Origin: Octopus bimaculoides
Lineage: Eukaryota
Direction of reading: 5' to 3'
Length of the DNA: 64,000 bases
Assembly: GCF_001194135.2 (NCBI RefSeq)
Contig: NC_069003.1
Span: 22,446,075-22,510,074, forward strand
Positions 1 through 12,228 of the stretch are shown piece by piece (within the stretch, counting starts at the first letter, position 1; every line of letters begins with the position of its first letter). The notes under the pieces were generated by a model that was not told where the DNA came from, did no database searches, and saw only the letters and a program-made list of their open reading frames with translations. The position numbers were made by a program, and so were the translations under genes.

Positions 1-705
1 GTGTCTTTAGATGCCCTGAACTCTTTGCTAAGTAGATAGCATGGAGATGGCCCTAATCACCTTGCAAGCAGAAAATAGATACCATAGGAAGGCACAGTTT
101 ACCCCTTTATGCAATAAGAAGACTGTATAAGGGTTCAGTGATTGTTTTAACTTTCACTGATGTTGAAATGAAATCTCTTGGTTATCAGAGAATTGTTCTG
201 TAGCCTCGAGTCAATCCTGATTGATAAAACCTGTGATCAACATTAGTCATGACTGTCCTATTCTTTTCTAAGGTATTGTGTATCTAGGACTATATTATCC
301 AGTGTAGTTCTTTTTTTAAAACATTAAGGTGTATTTTGAGTTAGATTTGGTTATTGTTTATAGTAGGTCAAGTTATCACTTAGCAGTTGCAATAGTGGTG
401 GGATTAGAAAACTGCCAGTCTGTCTTTCTGTGTGGTTTTTCCAGATATTCTTTCTCTTTCTCAAAGCTGATTTCCTGTGGATTGATATCTCTGGTTAGAT
501 AATATAGAATCATTTCACTTTTTCTGCTTCTAAATATAGAAAAATTGATAAAATATTTAGATATTTCATTTATAAGTTTAATTTTTTCCAAAAATTTAAT
601 TAGTATTTTTATTTTATTTTATTTTTATTGTTTATTTTTTATTTTATTTTATTTTTATTGTTTATTTTTTATTTTTATTTTATATATTTATTTTTGTTAT
701 TTCAG

Positions 706-807
706 AGATTTTGAATTCAAGTTCCGACGAGAGTAGTGATGAAAGTGGTGATGGCAGTCAGTCTGACAGTGGAAGTGAAGCTGGTGGTGGAGGAGCAGAC
801 GATGCTG
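706..807 (+). CDS. CWC22: CWC22 internal exon (acidic linker between MIF4G and MA3), EILNSSSDESSDESGDGSQSDSGSEAGGGGADDA
   Basis: TTTCAG acceptor, GTAAGT donor; phase 1 matches the next exon; corresponds to the KEIL + acidic linker of CWC22. Earlier exons lie upstream of the window. Confidence 0.85.
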
Positions 808-968
808 GTAAGTACTCCAAGTTTGGGGTGAAACATTTGATCTTGTTAGGTGACTGTGATTTTCAAAGTTGTTGGGTCGTTCTGTAATCAAAGGTATTGC
901 AGCTATTGCAATCCTGTCCTTTTAGGGGTTTGCAGGCCATTAATCTAATGGAGTTCCTTAATTTAGAT

Positions 969-1281
969 CAGTGCTTCTCAACCATTTTTTATCTATGGAC
1001 CCTTTTAATTACTATTTTATTTTAATGGACACCTATCTCTATTTGATGTTTAGTTTTATAGATACTCCTTTCAAAATTCCTATTTTGTTTTTCACATATT
1101 AACTTGTATCGTTTGAATTATGTAAAACATTTGAGAAAGAAACCTAGCTGTTTCTTGCAATAAATACATCCAAAACCTTTCCATGGATTTTTTAAATAGT
1201 ACTGTGGATCTCCAATTTACTCTTTTTTTTTCTTGCCTGGAGCCCCAAAAATCTTATGCGGACCCCGGTTGAGAACCACTG
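969..1281. mobile_element. hAT-type MITE
   Basis: TIR CAGTG(C)TTCTCAACC / GGTTGAGAACCACTG; 8-bp flanks ATTTAGAT / ATTTATAG. Confidence 0.8.
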
Positions 1282-1289
1282 ATTTATAG

Positions 1290-1505
1290 CAGTAGTTCTC
1301 AACCATTTTTTTTACCTATGGACACCTTTGGTTCCTATTTTACTCAGGTGAACTCTCATGGCTATTTGATATGTGAAAAGATCCTGTTCTTATAATTAGA
1401 GATTATTTGGAATTGTATAAAAAGTTCAAACTGAGGTATAACTGATAGATTGCAGATAAATTCTAACAACAAAATCTTATATGGAACCCCAGTTGAGAAT
1501 CATTG
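1290..1505. mobile_element. Second hAT-type MITE, tandem to the first
   Basis: TIR CAGTAGTTCTCAACC / AGTTGAGAATCATTG; right flank ATTTAGAG. Confidence 0.75.
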
Positions 1506-1904
1506 ATTTAGAGAATAAGATGTACCTAGAGGACATATTCGCTGCCATTTCTTGCAAGTTGTACTACCACATAGTGTCATCCCCCCCCCCACCTTTTCAC
1601 AGCTGTGGTGGGAGTTAAGTCTTGGTTTCATTTCTTTTAGGAAAGTACAAGTTGTTGTTGTGTCTCTGACCCAAGGCCTCTGCAAGTTCGAGCCTCTGGT
1701 GAGAGTTGGTGACTGGTTCTGTTTGTTATCTTAGTAAAGTACTAAGTTAGCGGTAGTCATTGACTTCATATTGTTTTAATATAAACGCCAATGATGAAAT
1801 CTATTATTGTGTTGTTGTTGTTTCTGTTGTTCAACTCTTGTTGGGGTTGACATTACCATATTGTCAACTATATTGAGGAGTAAGTGAGGGGTTTTAGTCC
1901 CCTC

Positions 1905-2847
1905 TTTTGACATTCTGAGCTCAATGTCTGCCAGTGTAATCTTTGTTGTTTATCCCTCCAAACTTAACAGGAAGATTGATTGAGTCGTCAGTATCTCTGC
2001 TTAACAGATTTCTGGTCTGGGACCAATATCATTTGACATTGTACTCCTACTACCACCGCTGCTGCTTGTTAGTATTATTATTATGAAGGCAGCAACTTGG
2101 CAGGGTTGTTAGCATGCTGGGCAAAATACTTAGCAGCATTTTGTCTGCCTTTACGTTGTGGGTTCAAATTTCACCAAGGTCAACTTTGCCTTTCATCCTT
2201 TTGGGGGTCAATAGAATAAGTACCAGTTGATCACTGGGGTTGATGTAATCGGCTTACCCCTCCCCTGAAATTGCTGCCCTTATGCCAAAATTTAAAACCA
2301 TTATTATTGTTATTAATTGACTTTCAAATTTCCCCCCCCAAATCCCAGGCTTTGTGCCCTTAGTAGAAAGAACTATTGTTATTTTAGAGCAGCAAGCTGG
2401 CAGAATTGTTAACATGCTGGACAAGATGGTCAATGGCATTTTGCTCATCTTTATGTCCTGAGTTCAACTTTGCGTTTCATCCTTTCACGGTCAAGGAAAC
2501 AAGTATCAGTTGAACACTGGGGTCGATGTTAATTGACTAACCCCCTCCACCCAAACTTCAGGCCTTGTGCCTGTGGTAGAAAAGATTGTTATTATAATTG
2601 ATAAACTATAAGGCAGTGATCTGGCAGAATCATTAGAGCATCAGAAAAATACTTTGTAGTATTTGCCCAAACACTTTGCATTCCAAGTTCGAATCCCACT
2701 GGGATCAGCTTTGCTTTTCATCCTTTTAGGGTTGATAGAATAAATATCAATCAAGCACTAAGGTTGAGACAATCAAACTTGCCACCCCACCTTGAAATTG
2801 CTGGATTTGTGCCTCAATTGCAAACTACTATTATTATTATTATTATT
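1905..2847 (+). mobile_element. Head-to-tail cluster of about 4 tRNA-derived SINEs (family A)
   Basis: Repeated GGCAGAATxGTTAGCA...GAGTTCAAAT...GCCTTTCATCCTTT.GGGGTC.ATA.AATAAGTACCAG units separated by (ATT)n; similar clusters at ~14478-15015 and ~35078-35510; single copies at ~20010, ~43262, ~60280 (-). Confidence 0.8.
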
Positions 2848-3192
2848 CAGTAGTTTTATTTTTATAACGGGCTTTCACTTCACTACCGAGCGCAGCTCTG
2901 TGCGCCTTGGGTATGTGCTGTGGTTTGCTGTGGTGCTCTTATGGTTACTGTATTGAAAGTGTTTTGCGTAGAATGTGTGCAGTACCCAGTAGTGCAATTT
3001 TCTGTATGTTATATATATTTGTAAGTCCTGGTGTTTTTGTTATGTATTTGTCTGAATATTTTTTTATTATACCTAAGGCACCTACTATGATAGGAATTGT
3101 TTCTGTTTTTAGATTCCACATTCGAGTTATCTCTATTTCCAGGTCTTTGTATTTTGAAAGTTTTTCCATTTCTTTTAGAGAAACGTTGTCAT
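2848..3192 (-). mobile_element. 3' fragment of an R4/Dong-like non-LTR retrotransposon (restriction-like endonuclease C-terminus)
   Basis: ORF EKLSKYKDLEIEI.RMW...IPIIVGALG...QKIALLGTAHILRKTL; (TAA)n on both sides. Confidence 0.8.
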
Positions 3193-4071
3193 ATTATTAT
3201 TATTATTATTATTATTATTATCATTATTATTATTATGAAAGTGAGGGGATGAATCATGAAATTATTATTAGTTTGTCGGCTTTGCCTTTCAGTATTTACT
3301 TTATGTTCTTATTTCTGTGTCCACCCAGGATCAACTTTGTCTTTATTTGTTTGTGATCAACAAAATAACTACTTAAGTACTGTTGTTAATTTAATCATTT
3401 GTTCTCTGCTCCAAAATGTAAAGCCTTGTGCTTCTCTTAGAAACTACTACTGCTGCTGTCTTGTTAGTAAAACCTGTTGTATGCTCTAGATCTGCTTTAA
3501 ACTGTTTTAGGTTTCTTGAAGTAAAAATGAGGCCTTTTTGTTTGTTTTGAATGTTGGTCTTTGAAGAATTTATTGCAAACTGGTTCAGGCAACTATTTAT
3601 TTCTGTTACGTTATGTTGGTTCTTATCTTTTTTTGTATTACAAACGAGTTGTTATCTTATCTCTATTGCATTAGGATCAAAGCGATATAAATACTAATTA
3701 GTCCCCATGTGGGGGAATGGTGGGAGTAGCTTCTTAATGTTGTTGATATGAGGTTTGGAAATAAAAACTGCTTGTGTAATAAGCTATTACAAATAGCTGG
3801 GTATTGTTGATGCTGTGTTGTTTACATAAAGGAGTCTATCACTGTTGGGATTACATTCAGTTGAGTGTTGGACACTGTTGGTGTATACCGAGAGACTGAT
3901 TACCCTTTTCAATGGACATAGTTTGGTTGTCATATCACTGTAATGTGTGTACAAAGGCTGGACTTTCAACATTCAGTAAGAGTACTTGCCTATATTTTAG
4001 TGTGTGTGTGTGTCATGCATGCGTGTGTGTGTGTGTGTGTATATATATATGCACACAGATACAAACATATA

Positions 4072-4303
4072 CAGGGTTGGCCAAAAGTCACTTGACAGTA
4101 AATCAAAATTCTTTAATTCCATGATTTATTTATGTTCAACAATTATTGAATGAATTTAATAAAAACATCTATGAAGCATCATGAAAATTGTTCAAACTAA
4201 AGTCTTTCTTGAGCGACACATTTTTCTATTCGAGTCAATACACAATTACAGATAGTATTTATGGAATTTTGATTTACTGTCGGGTGCCCTTTGGCCAACC
4301 CTG
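4072..4303. mobile_element. Tc1/mariner-type MITE
   Basis: TIR CAGGGTTGGCCAAA / TTTGGCCAACCCTG with TA on both sides. Confidence 0.8.
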
Positions 4304-4354
<51 letters not shown>

Positions 4355-4587
4355 TTATTATTAAAGCTGCAAAAATATCACAAAAACTGCAACTCAGAGT
4401 TTCATATTCCCTTTTGTCAGACAGTTTAGATTGTGTCCGATGAATGGGAACATCAGACTCTGAGTAGCAGATTTTCGTGACATTTTTGTGATGTTTTTGC
4501 AGCTTTAATAATAAAGCATATTACTCTACCTCCAGTATCTGAGTACTATTTTTCCCCACCTTGTTTCACATTTATGTGCTTATTTTG

Positions 4588-4626
<39 letters not shown>

Positions 4627-4776
4627 TACAAACACACAGAGAGGGTGTTTGGGTTAAATTTGACAATTTTTTATGTCTTTCCCTTTTTCAGGAACAACTT
4701 AATTTATTGGTGAACAGTGTTGGAGAGCATAATGGTTAAATTTGTAGTTGAGAAAAAAATTAGCTGACATGGAGCA

Positions 4777-4933
4777 GAGTTTCTACAGCTGGTTGGCGTT
4801 AGGAAGGGCATCCAGCTGTAGAAACTCTGCCAAATTAGATTGGAGCCTGGTGTTGCCATCCGGTTTCACCAGTCCTCAATCAAATCGTCCAACCCATGCT
4901 AGCATGGAAAGCGGACGTTAAACGATGATGATG
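4777..4933 (+). mobile_element. Young 5'-truncated retroelement 3' end (family B, (GAT)n tail) with 5' inversion
   Basis: GAAGGGCATCCAGCTGTAGAAAC...CCAACCCATGCTAGCATGGAAAGCGGACGTTAAAC(GAT)n; flanking ATGGAGCA duplication. At least 15 related copies in the window, e.g. 20925-21172 (-), 25848-25950, 46270-46810, 53230-53420. Confidence 0.8.
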
Positions 4934-5237
4934 ATGGAGCACTGGAAGTCATCTGAATATTGGAAAACAGTTACCTGTTTCATGATGATTTGCGCCAGCT
5001 GTCAAAATGCTGTTATCACGATCACTGCTCAATGCACTGTAAACATTATAAAGGTTGTAAGATGTGACATGGACAGCTCCAATAGAGTCTATAAAGCTGT
5101 GACCAGCTGGAAGGGACACAGCAGGCATTCTGACTGCGTTTGTATGCTAGGATTCATCCCGACGTCTTTGACCACAATCTCCACCAGCTTCACATAGCTG
5201 TCTGAATTGTGCCTACAGACCTGTTCAATCTCTGGCT

Positions 5238-5700
5238 GCTGGAAGGCCATATGTGTGGCAGCAGGATTCAGCTCCTTGCCTTAATCCCTAGAATGAATCA
5301 GAACAGGTTGTCAGAGAATTTCTACAACTTCACCAGCCTCAATTTCTGGCTTTGTGATTCCCCCCCCCCCCNNNNNNNNNNNNNNNNNCCCCCCAATTGT
5401 AACCTCATGGATTATTATGTGTTGGGTGCAATTAAGAAAGACACTAACTGCTCTGTCTGGAATACCAAAGCTGAGCTGGTGACAAAGATCTTTCCACAGA
5501 CACAGTGAGGAATGCAGGTGCTGGGTTCCAGAGTCATCTTGGGGCCAAGTGGAATCTGAGGGCTGCTAGTTTGAGTAAACTGTTATCTTCCAACCATAAT
5601 CTAGTTGATATTTTTTGATTTTTTAAAATACTTTTATTTTTGGATAGGATATTATGTTTTCTTTTTATGCAAACTGTCAAATTTAGCTCGAACACTGTGT
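5238..5700 (+). pseudogene. Degenerate Tc1/mariner-superfamily transposase fragment
   Basis: AGRPYVWQQDSAPC...ENFYNF...W...PNCNLMDYYV.GA..KDTN....NTKAEL, matching the second D and SPDxNPxDY catalytic motifs; frameshifted. Confidence 0.7.
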
Positions 5701-7677
5701 GTGTGTGTGTGTGCGTGTGTTTTCTATTCATTATCACTTACTTTGTGTGTGAGAGGACATTTTGTTGTTGTAAAGTCCTGGGTCATCTCTGGTCAAGTAG
5801 ACTTCTAATTAAAGGGTATTCCAACCATAACAATCCTGACCTTTTTTAGAAATAATGCCTTTCCCAGTTTAACACCACCATTTCACTTACCCCTTAAATG
5901 CTGTCGAAGTGTCAACTCTGTTACAAACATTACAGCATAATGTCTAGTTGATATCTTGAACCTATGAATTGTGGTTTCTTCTCCTAAGTCTCTACAAAGG
6001 TCATTGGAACTGAACTTCTGTTTCTGGTTAAACTGTAACAATTTTAGGGCTACATTCTTCAATGTATATCCTTCATTGTCCCTTGTTTGTTCCACATTTA
6101 GTCTAATGCAGAGAATTTAAGTAAAGAGCCAGTTGAATTTAGATGGGAGAAAGATAGGGAGATATGAGTACAGAATTGGTGTGAAGTACTTGCATAAAGA
6201 AGTATTGAGCACTTAAAGTGGTGGGAAGTTGTGGAAGAAGGAGACCCAGGAAGACATGGGACGAAATATTGAAGGTTGATTTCAAAATGCTGAACCTTAG
6301 GAAGGAGATGACAGAGGATCGAGATATGTGGTACATTGCTGTACTTGAGAAGAGCTGCCCGCCACAACAGAACTGAGGCCCTAAAATCAAGGTGCTACAT
6401 AAAAAGCATTGGTGTGAGTGCAGGTTCCATGTAAAAATTACTGGTGATGGTGCCATGTAAAAAGCACCCAGTACACTGTGGAGTGGTTGGCATTAGGAAG
6501 GGCATCCAACCATAGCAACCAAGCCAAAACAGCCTATGGAACCTGGTGCTACCTCTGGCCTTACCAGTTCCTGTCAAGCCGTCCAACCCATGCTAGCATG
6601 GAAAATAAGACATTAAATGATGATAATGATTGATAAAGACAAACATAATAAAGCATCATCCTGTGCTTCAGAGCACATTAATTAGAGGAAGATTAATGAT
6701 GAAGTAATTAGATTGAAACAGGGTTTTGTTGGCTCCCTGTCTGATTCCTCCTCAGTAAAAGCTATGCATAGTGAAGCTGATGGTGAAAAATTTTTTTTTC
6801 TTGATTTTTTTTTTTTTTTTTTTAAGGTGATAGAAAATCTGTTATAAACACTGGACCAAGAGATCTACATGATTGAGCAAATGTTTTCTTATAGAAAAAT
6901 CAAGTATGGTTGGGTTAGGGTTGTAAAAGACTTGGTTTAAATTTGTTGGGTAAATAAGTTGTGTTAAATTACGCAAAAATGGTGATTAAAATGTGGGCGA
7001 GAGTGGGGGGAAATGGTGAGAAGGAAATTTAAAAAAAAAAGGATAAATAGATTAAACATGTCCTGAATTGATAAGAAGCTTGCTTCTCAACCACATGGTT
7101 CCAGGTTCAGTCCTACTGCGGGTCACCTGGGGCAAGCGTTTTCTACTATAAACTTGGGCTGACCAAAGCCTTGCAAGTGGACTCGGTAGACAGAAAGAAG
7201 TTCATTGTATCTATGTATGTATGTGCACGTGTGTGTGTGTCTTTGTTTCTGTCTTTGTCCTCCATCACCATTTGACATTTGGTGTTGGTTTGTTTACATC
7301 CCCATAACTTAACAGTTTGGCAGAAGGGTCCAATAGAATAAGTACCAGGCTTTAAAAAAAAGAAAGAAAAAGTACTGGGGTCAATTCATTTGATTAAAAG
7401 TTTTTCAAGGCAATGCCCCCAGCATGTCCACAGCCCAATGGCTGAAACGAATTAAAGATAAAAGATATATGAAATATATTTTGCTTTGGTATGACTATGT
7501 ATATAAGAAAGATTGGCCCGTGGAGAATTGATTTTGCTTTTCTATGAGAGAATATTTCCATAATTGTCAATGGTCAATGTAGTTGTGTGAATAACTAGTT
7601 GGTGTTACTTTACCTCTGGTCTTTATTTTAAAAATATAGATTAAATTTTCTTAAAATGTATTCTCTTATTATTCCAG

Positions 7678-7820
7678 AACATACTGAACAGATAATTGAT
7701 AAAACCGAGACTAATTTAGTAGCTCTACGTTGTACTATATATCTTACTATCCAGTCGAGTGTTGACTTTGAAGAATGTGCTCACAAATTACTTAAAATGG
7801 ATCTCAAACCAGGACAAGAG
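7678..7820 (+). CDS. CWC22: CWC22 exon, MA3 start ([43 protein letters not shown])
   Basis: TTCCAG/GTATAT; matches the CWC22 motif DKTEx[24 protein letters not shown]. Confidence 0.97.
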
Positions 7821-8686
7821 GTATATTGTTTTTGTTGTTGTCATCATCACTGCTGCTGTTGTTGTTGTTTATAACCTTAGCTATAGTTGAACAGACATGT
7901 AGTACACATGTAGTCATTTAAATACCTTTAAAAGATCTAGCATCACCCACATGTCATACTTTAGTCTTGTCCGTCACTACACTTTCCATGTTATCATGTA
8001 AATCAAATTTTAATTTGTTAAGAAAGAAAAACAAAACAGACAAGTAAAGATGTGGTATATATAGCTATTAAGTTTGCCTCACAAATGCATGGTCTTGACC
8101 CTGGTTCAATCTCACTGCATTGCTCTTTGGACAACTGTCCTCTTCCATTGCTTTGTGACATCCAACACTTTGTGGGTGGGATTTGGTTAGCAAAAGCTAA
8201 GTAGAAGCCTGTTGTGAGTGAGTGAGAGAGAGTGTGTGTGTGTGTGTATTGCCAAGGGTAACAGATCCAGAATGACATCAGGCAAAAATACTTTATGGTA
8301 TCTGGGTGTCACAGCATGTCCACAATCCAGTGACTGAAGAAATTATTGTAATAGAATACATGTAAGGTCAGTTAAGGTACTGGATTTAACAATTACAAGA
8401 GAAAGGGTTATGATCACTGACTACTGTTTTATTTTGGTAACGTGGTTGTATGACCATACTGTTAACTATGTGGTCATCCTACTACTACTGGTAATTGTGT
8501 TGGGTCTCAGTTTGGCCAACAACTGGATCTAGTTTACAGTTGAGTGTTTATTAATAGAAAGTGCATCTACTGTAAAAAGAAAAGGCCTGTCTTAACTTCA
8601 TGTTAATGCCCAACTTTTTCAAAGTCATAATAGAATAATGTAAGTAAATTCTTTCATTTATTTTTAAATTGCTTTCCTTCTTTCAG

Positions 8687-8764
8687 ATTGAGCTGTGTAA
8701 CATGATTCTTGATTGTTGTGCCCAAGAGAGAACGTATCAGAAATTCTTTGGATTACTGGCACAG
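8687..8764 (+). CDS. CWC22: CWC22 exon ([26 protein letters not shown])
   Basis: TTTCAG/GTATTG, 78 nt, phase 0/0; missed by the ORF track; near-identical to CWC22 [24 protein letters not shown]. Confidence 0.97.
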
Positions 8765-9299
8765 GTATTGTAAGACGGACTATGTCTAGTTACTTCTAAT
8801 TTAAATTCCCATCTAAATCAATGTCTTTTGTATTTTTGAAACCTCTACTCAAGAAGACCCACTACAACAGAATTGAGATCCTAAAACCAAGGTACCGCAT
8901 AAAAAGGATTGGTGTGAGTTCTGGTGCCATGTAAACAGCACTGATGATGATGCCATGTAAAAAAGCATTCAGTACACTCTGTAAAGATAGTTGGCACTAG
9001 GAAGGGCATCCAGCTGTAGAAACCAAGCCAAAACAGACTTTGGAATCTGGTGCAGACCCTGGCCATACCAGTTTCTGTCATGCCATCCAACCCATACCTG
9101 CATGGAAAACAGACATTAAATGTTGGTGATGATATCGCAATGTTCTCTTTTTAATTATTTATTTCACCAAATATGAAAGTTTCAGCTGTCTAAGTGTGTG
9201 CATCACTTGCAAGTGGAAAGTGCTACGTCCATTGCCAATACACTAGTTGGATCAATCAGTTAGCTACAAACTAGTATGATGGTATGCATGGAGTATTAA

Positions 9300-9510
9300 T
9301 CCTTTGGCATTTACACCAGTCATATCCAGCCCAAATATTCTACCTGTTTTATCTTCAAATTGGTCAGATGTGACCTCTCACACCTACCCTACAGTGTCAT
9401 TTTACAAATAAATAAATAATCACCTCATCAAAATCTCAAAGCGTGATAAATATGAAATAATGTGAATACATAAGCATTACATTTGGCTGAGTAATCTGAA
9501 TGCTAAAGGG
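9300..9510. mobile_element. piggyBac-like MITE (family C)
   Basis: TTAA flanks, ends CCCTTTAGCATT...AATGCTAAAGGG; other copies at 20606-20821, 27837-28056, 47127-47346, 50033-50254, 52767-52983. Confidence 0.75.
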
Positions 9511-10305
9511 TTAATTTTTGTTGAGAATGCTACACTAATGGATAAATGCTTTGTTAGCTTATGGTGCTGTGTTCAATGTTTTCTGTGCGCATAACTTAGA
9601 CGGTCACCGAAGTGACTTTACATAGCTACCCTGCGTAATGTTGAGGGGTAATCTTTAGCACCTTCTATGATAACGTGAATTGTGAGACTTGCAAAGAACT
9701 GGTGATTCTCTTTATGAAGTATTTATCTAATTATCATCATCTGATCTTCAATGTTCTCTGTCAAACACCTGCATATTACTAACATGTGTTCTTTCCAGAC
9801 ATTTCAGGTGTTCAACCGTCACTTTCACTCACATATCATACACATTACAGTCTCGCCAACACAACAACTTTTCTGCCTTCTTTGACATACAACATTGCAT
9901 CTGTGATAGGTGACATATGGCAATGAAGGTAACTGACTGTGATTGAAGAGATTGATGATTTATCGTCACTGTCATGACACTGCCTCTCTGACAGACATTT
10001 TAAAACCTCTTCAGTCACACCAGACCACTACACTGCCTATCATACAATATTATTTGATTTGTATAGCTCTGATTTATTCTAGCTCCTGTACCTTTATCAT
10101 CATGCAGTGTCGTTTTGTTCTCTCTCACACATAAGTATTACAACAGTCTACAAACTCAGACAGCTGAAACTCTCACACTCAGCATATAGTCTTTCACTTC
10201 ACATCAATTTTTCCTGCCCCCTTTCCATACTATGAAACTGTGTCTTTTCTTCACAATTCAACCAGACTTGTTGCATATTTCTCTATTTTACTCTTTCATT
10301 TTCAG

Positions 10306-10458
10306 AGATTCTGTATGGTTGATAAAAAATATGTTGACCCATTCCAACAAATCTTCAAACAACAATACGAAACCATTCACCGTTTAGACCCCGACAAATT
10401 TAGAAACGTTGCAAAGTTTTTTGCTCACTTACTGCACACTGATGCAATTTCTTGGCAG
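10306..10458 (+). CDS. CWC22: CWC22 exon ([51 protein letters not shown])
   Basis: TTTCAG/GTAAGT, 153 nt, phase 0/0; MA3 motif [11 protein letters not shown]. Confidence 0.97.
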
Positions 10459-11162
10459 GTAAGTACAGTTACCATAGCAACAGGGGATAAGTATGCACCT
10501 GAAGAAACAACGTAGCTCTTGAATTATGTGTATTGCAGGTGTGTATGTTTGGGAAAATTGTTGGTAGTGATAGTTTAAAAGGAAAATGGAACTTTATGCG
10601 TATGTGTCTGTGTGTGTGTGTGTGAATGTAAGGTCTTGAGTTGGGTAAACTAGATCTGTGATCATCATTTTAAATGTTGACCTGTGACCTACAATATGTA
10701 TTGATCTATGATCAATAATATTTATTGACCTGTGATCAACAATATATCTGTTGAAGCTTTATTTTTCTTCTTCTTCAAATTAAAGCTCCGTGACGATATG
10801 GCCATCCTCACTCTGCAAGTGTGATGCAATATTCAGTTTGAAATTATTGTTGGTTCTGGTTTAGTTTGTTTTCTTAATCTAAATACTGAGTGTTGTATTC
10901 TGTGTTTTCAATCCACTTGCCTGGAGGCGTTTGTGGTTCTGTAATTGCTAATTAGAATTCAGATTCACACCTGACTAGTGACATTGTTGTTTTACAACTG
11001 AATATTACTTCAAGGTAATATTTAGCCCCACTTAAAAGTGGTCCTTTGCTAGCGATATAAATAAACAAGAGTGCATTTATATTATGCACCAAAAACCAAT
11101 AGAAGAGTCTCTCCCCTGGTAACTACCATAGTATTCTGGGTTCTATCTGAACATCCACCGAA

Positions 11163-11167
<5 letters not shown>

Positions 11168-11244
<77 letters not shown>
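11168..11244. repeat. (CT)n microsatellite
   Basis: Perfect dinucleotide run; many other (TA)n, (TG)n, (ATT)n and (ATCT)n tracts in the window. Confidence 0.95.
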
Positions 11245-11251
<7 letters not shown>

Positions 11252-12228
11252 CCATTTCTTCTCCTTTCCCAATCATCCAAAATTCACTCAGCATATAGTC
11301 TTTTACTTCACATCAATTTTTCCTGTCCTCCTTCCATACAATATATTACCTTTTAGTATTAATACTGCTTCTGTCTTAATTATTTTATTAATAAGCCCAC
11401 TGATTATTCATGCCACTAACTCCTGTTCTGGCACTGTGATTCTATATATTGCCAGTGGAAACACATTACTGCTATCTCTAGCATCTGAGCATCCACCATT
11501 GATAAGGCCATGGAAAGCTGAAATCATGTGATCTGGTGATCTCAGCACTGGTGGTGGTGGATGATTTTATCTGCTCGTTAGTGATATAAACAAGTGTGTT
11601 TATGCACCAAAAGCCAATATGAGAATTTCTCTCATGGTAACTGCTGCAGTATTTTGTGTTCTAACAGAACATTGACTTTTAAGTGGTGCTAATTATTAAT
11701 TTTTATGTATTAATACTGTCGCTATTAATTATTTTCTACAATATTACTTCATTTGATATTGCTGCTGTAATAATATAATGTTGGCTACACAACACAAAAG
11801 CTGAGAATTCTAAATCTTGTTATAGCCTGTTGGTATATTCTCCGTTTTTGCACATTTTACCTGGCCAACTACTTAAAGTGAACACCTGCTTTTGAAAATG
11901 ATTGCTTCCAAGATGTGTGGGTGTCCTTAGATTCAAGCATGACTGAATGGTTAAGCAGTTTACTTTGCAACCATGTGGTTGTGGGTTTCATCTCACTGCT
12001 CATTCAAGAGCAAGTTGTTTTCTATGACAGCCTCAACAAGTTCATCAGTTACTTTGTGACTGGTATGTGGTATACAGGAGTACACTCTATGTGTTTGTGT
12101 GTCAGTTAGTGATACATCACCACCACCAGTCAAAATAATTGGTGTTTTATCAAAAGGGTAACTTAGCTAATTGATAAAATGAATATCAGACAGAAATAAG
12201 TTTTGGGGGCTGTTTAAAAGAGTTAAAC

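Noticed and set aside
9666-9745. C/D box snoRNA (ATGATAA...CTGA) and faint U8/U2-guide resemblance
   Set aside because: Imperfect C box, no terminal stem, no convincing antisense element.
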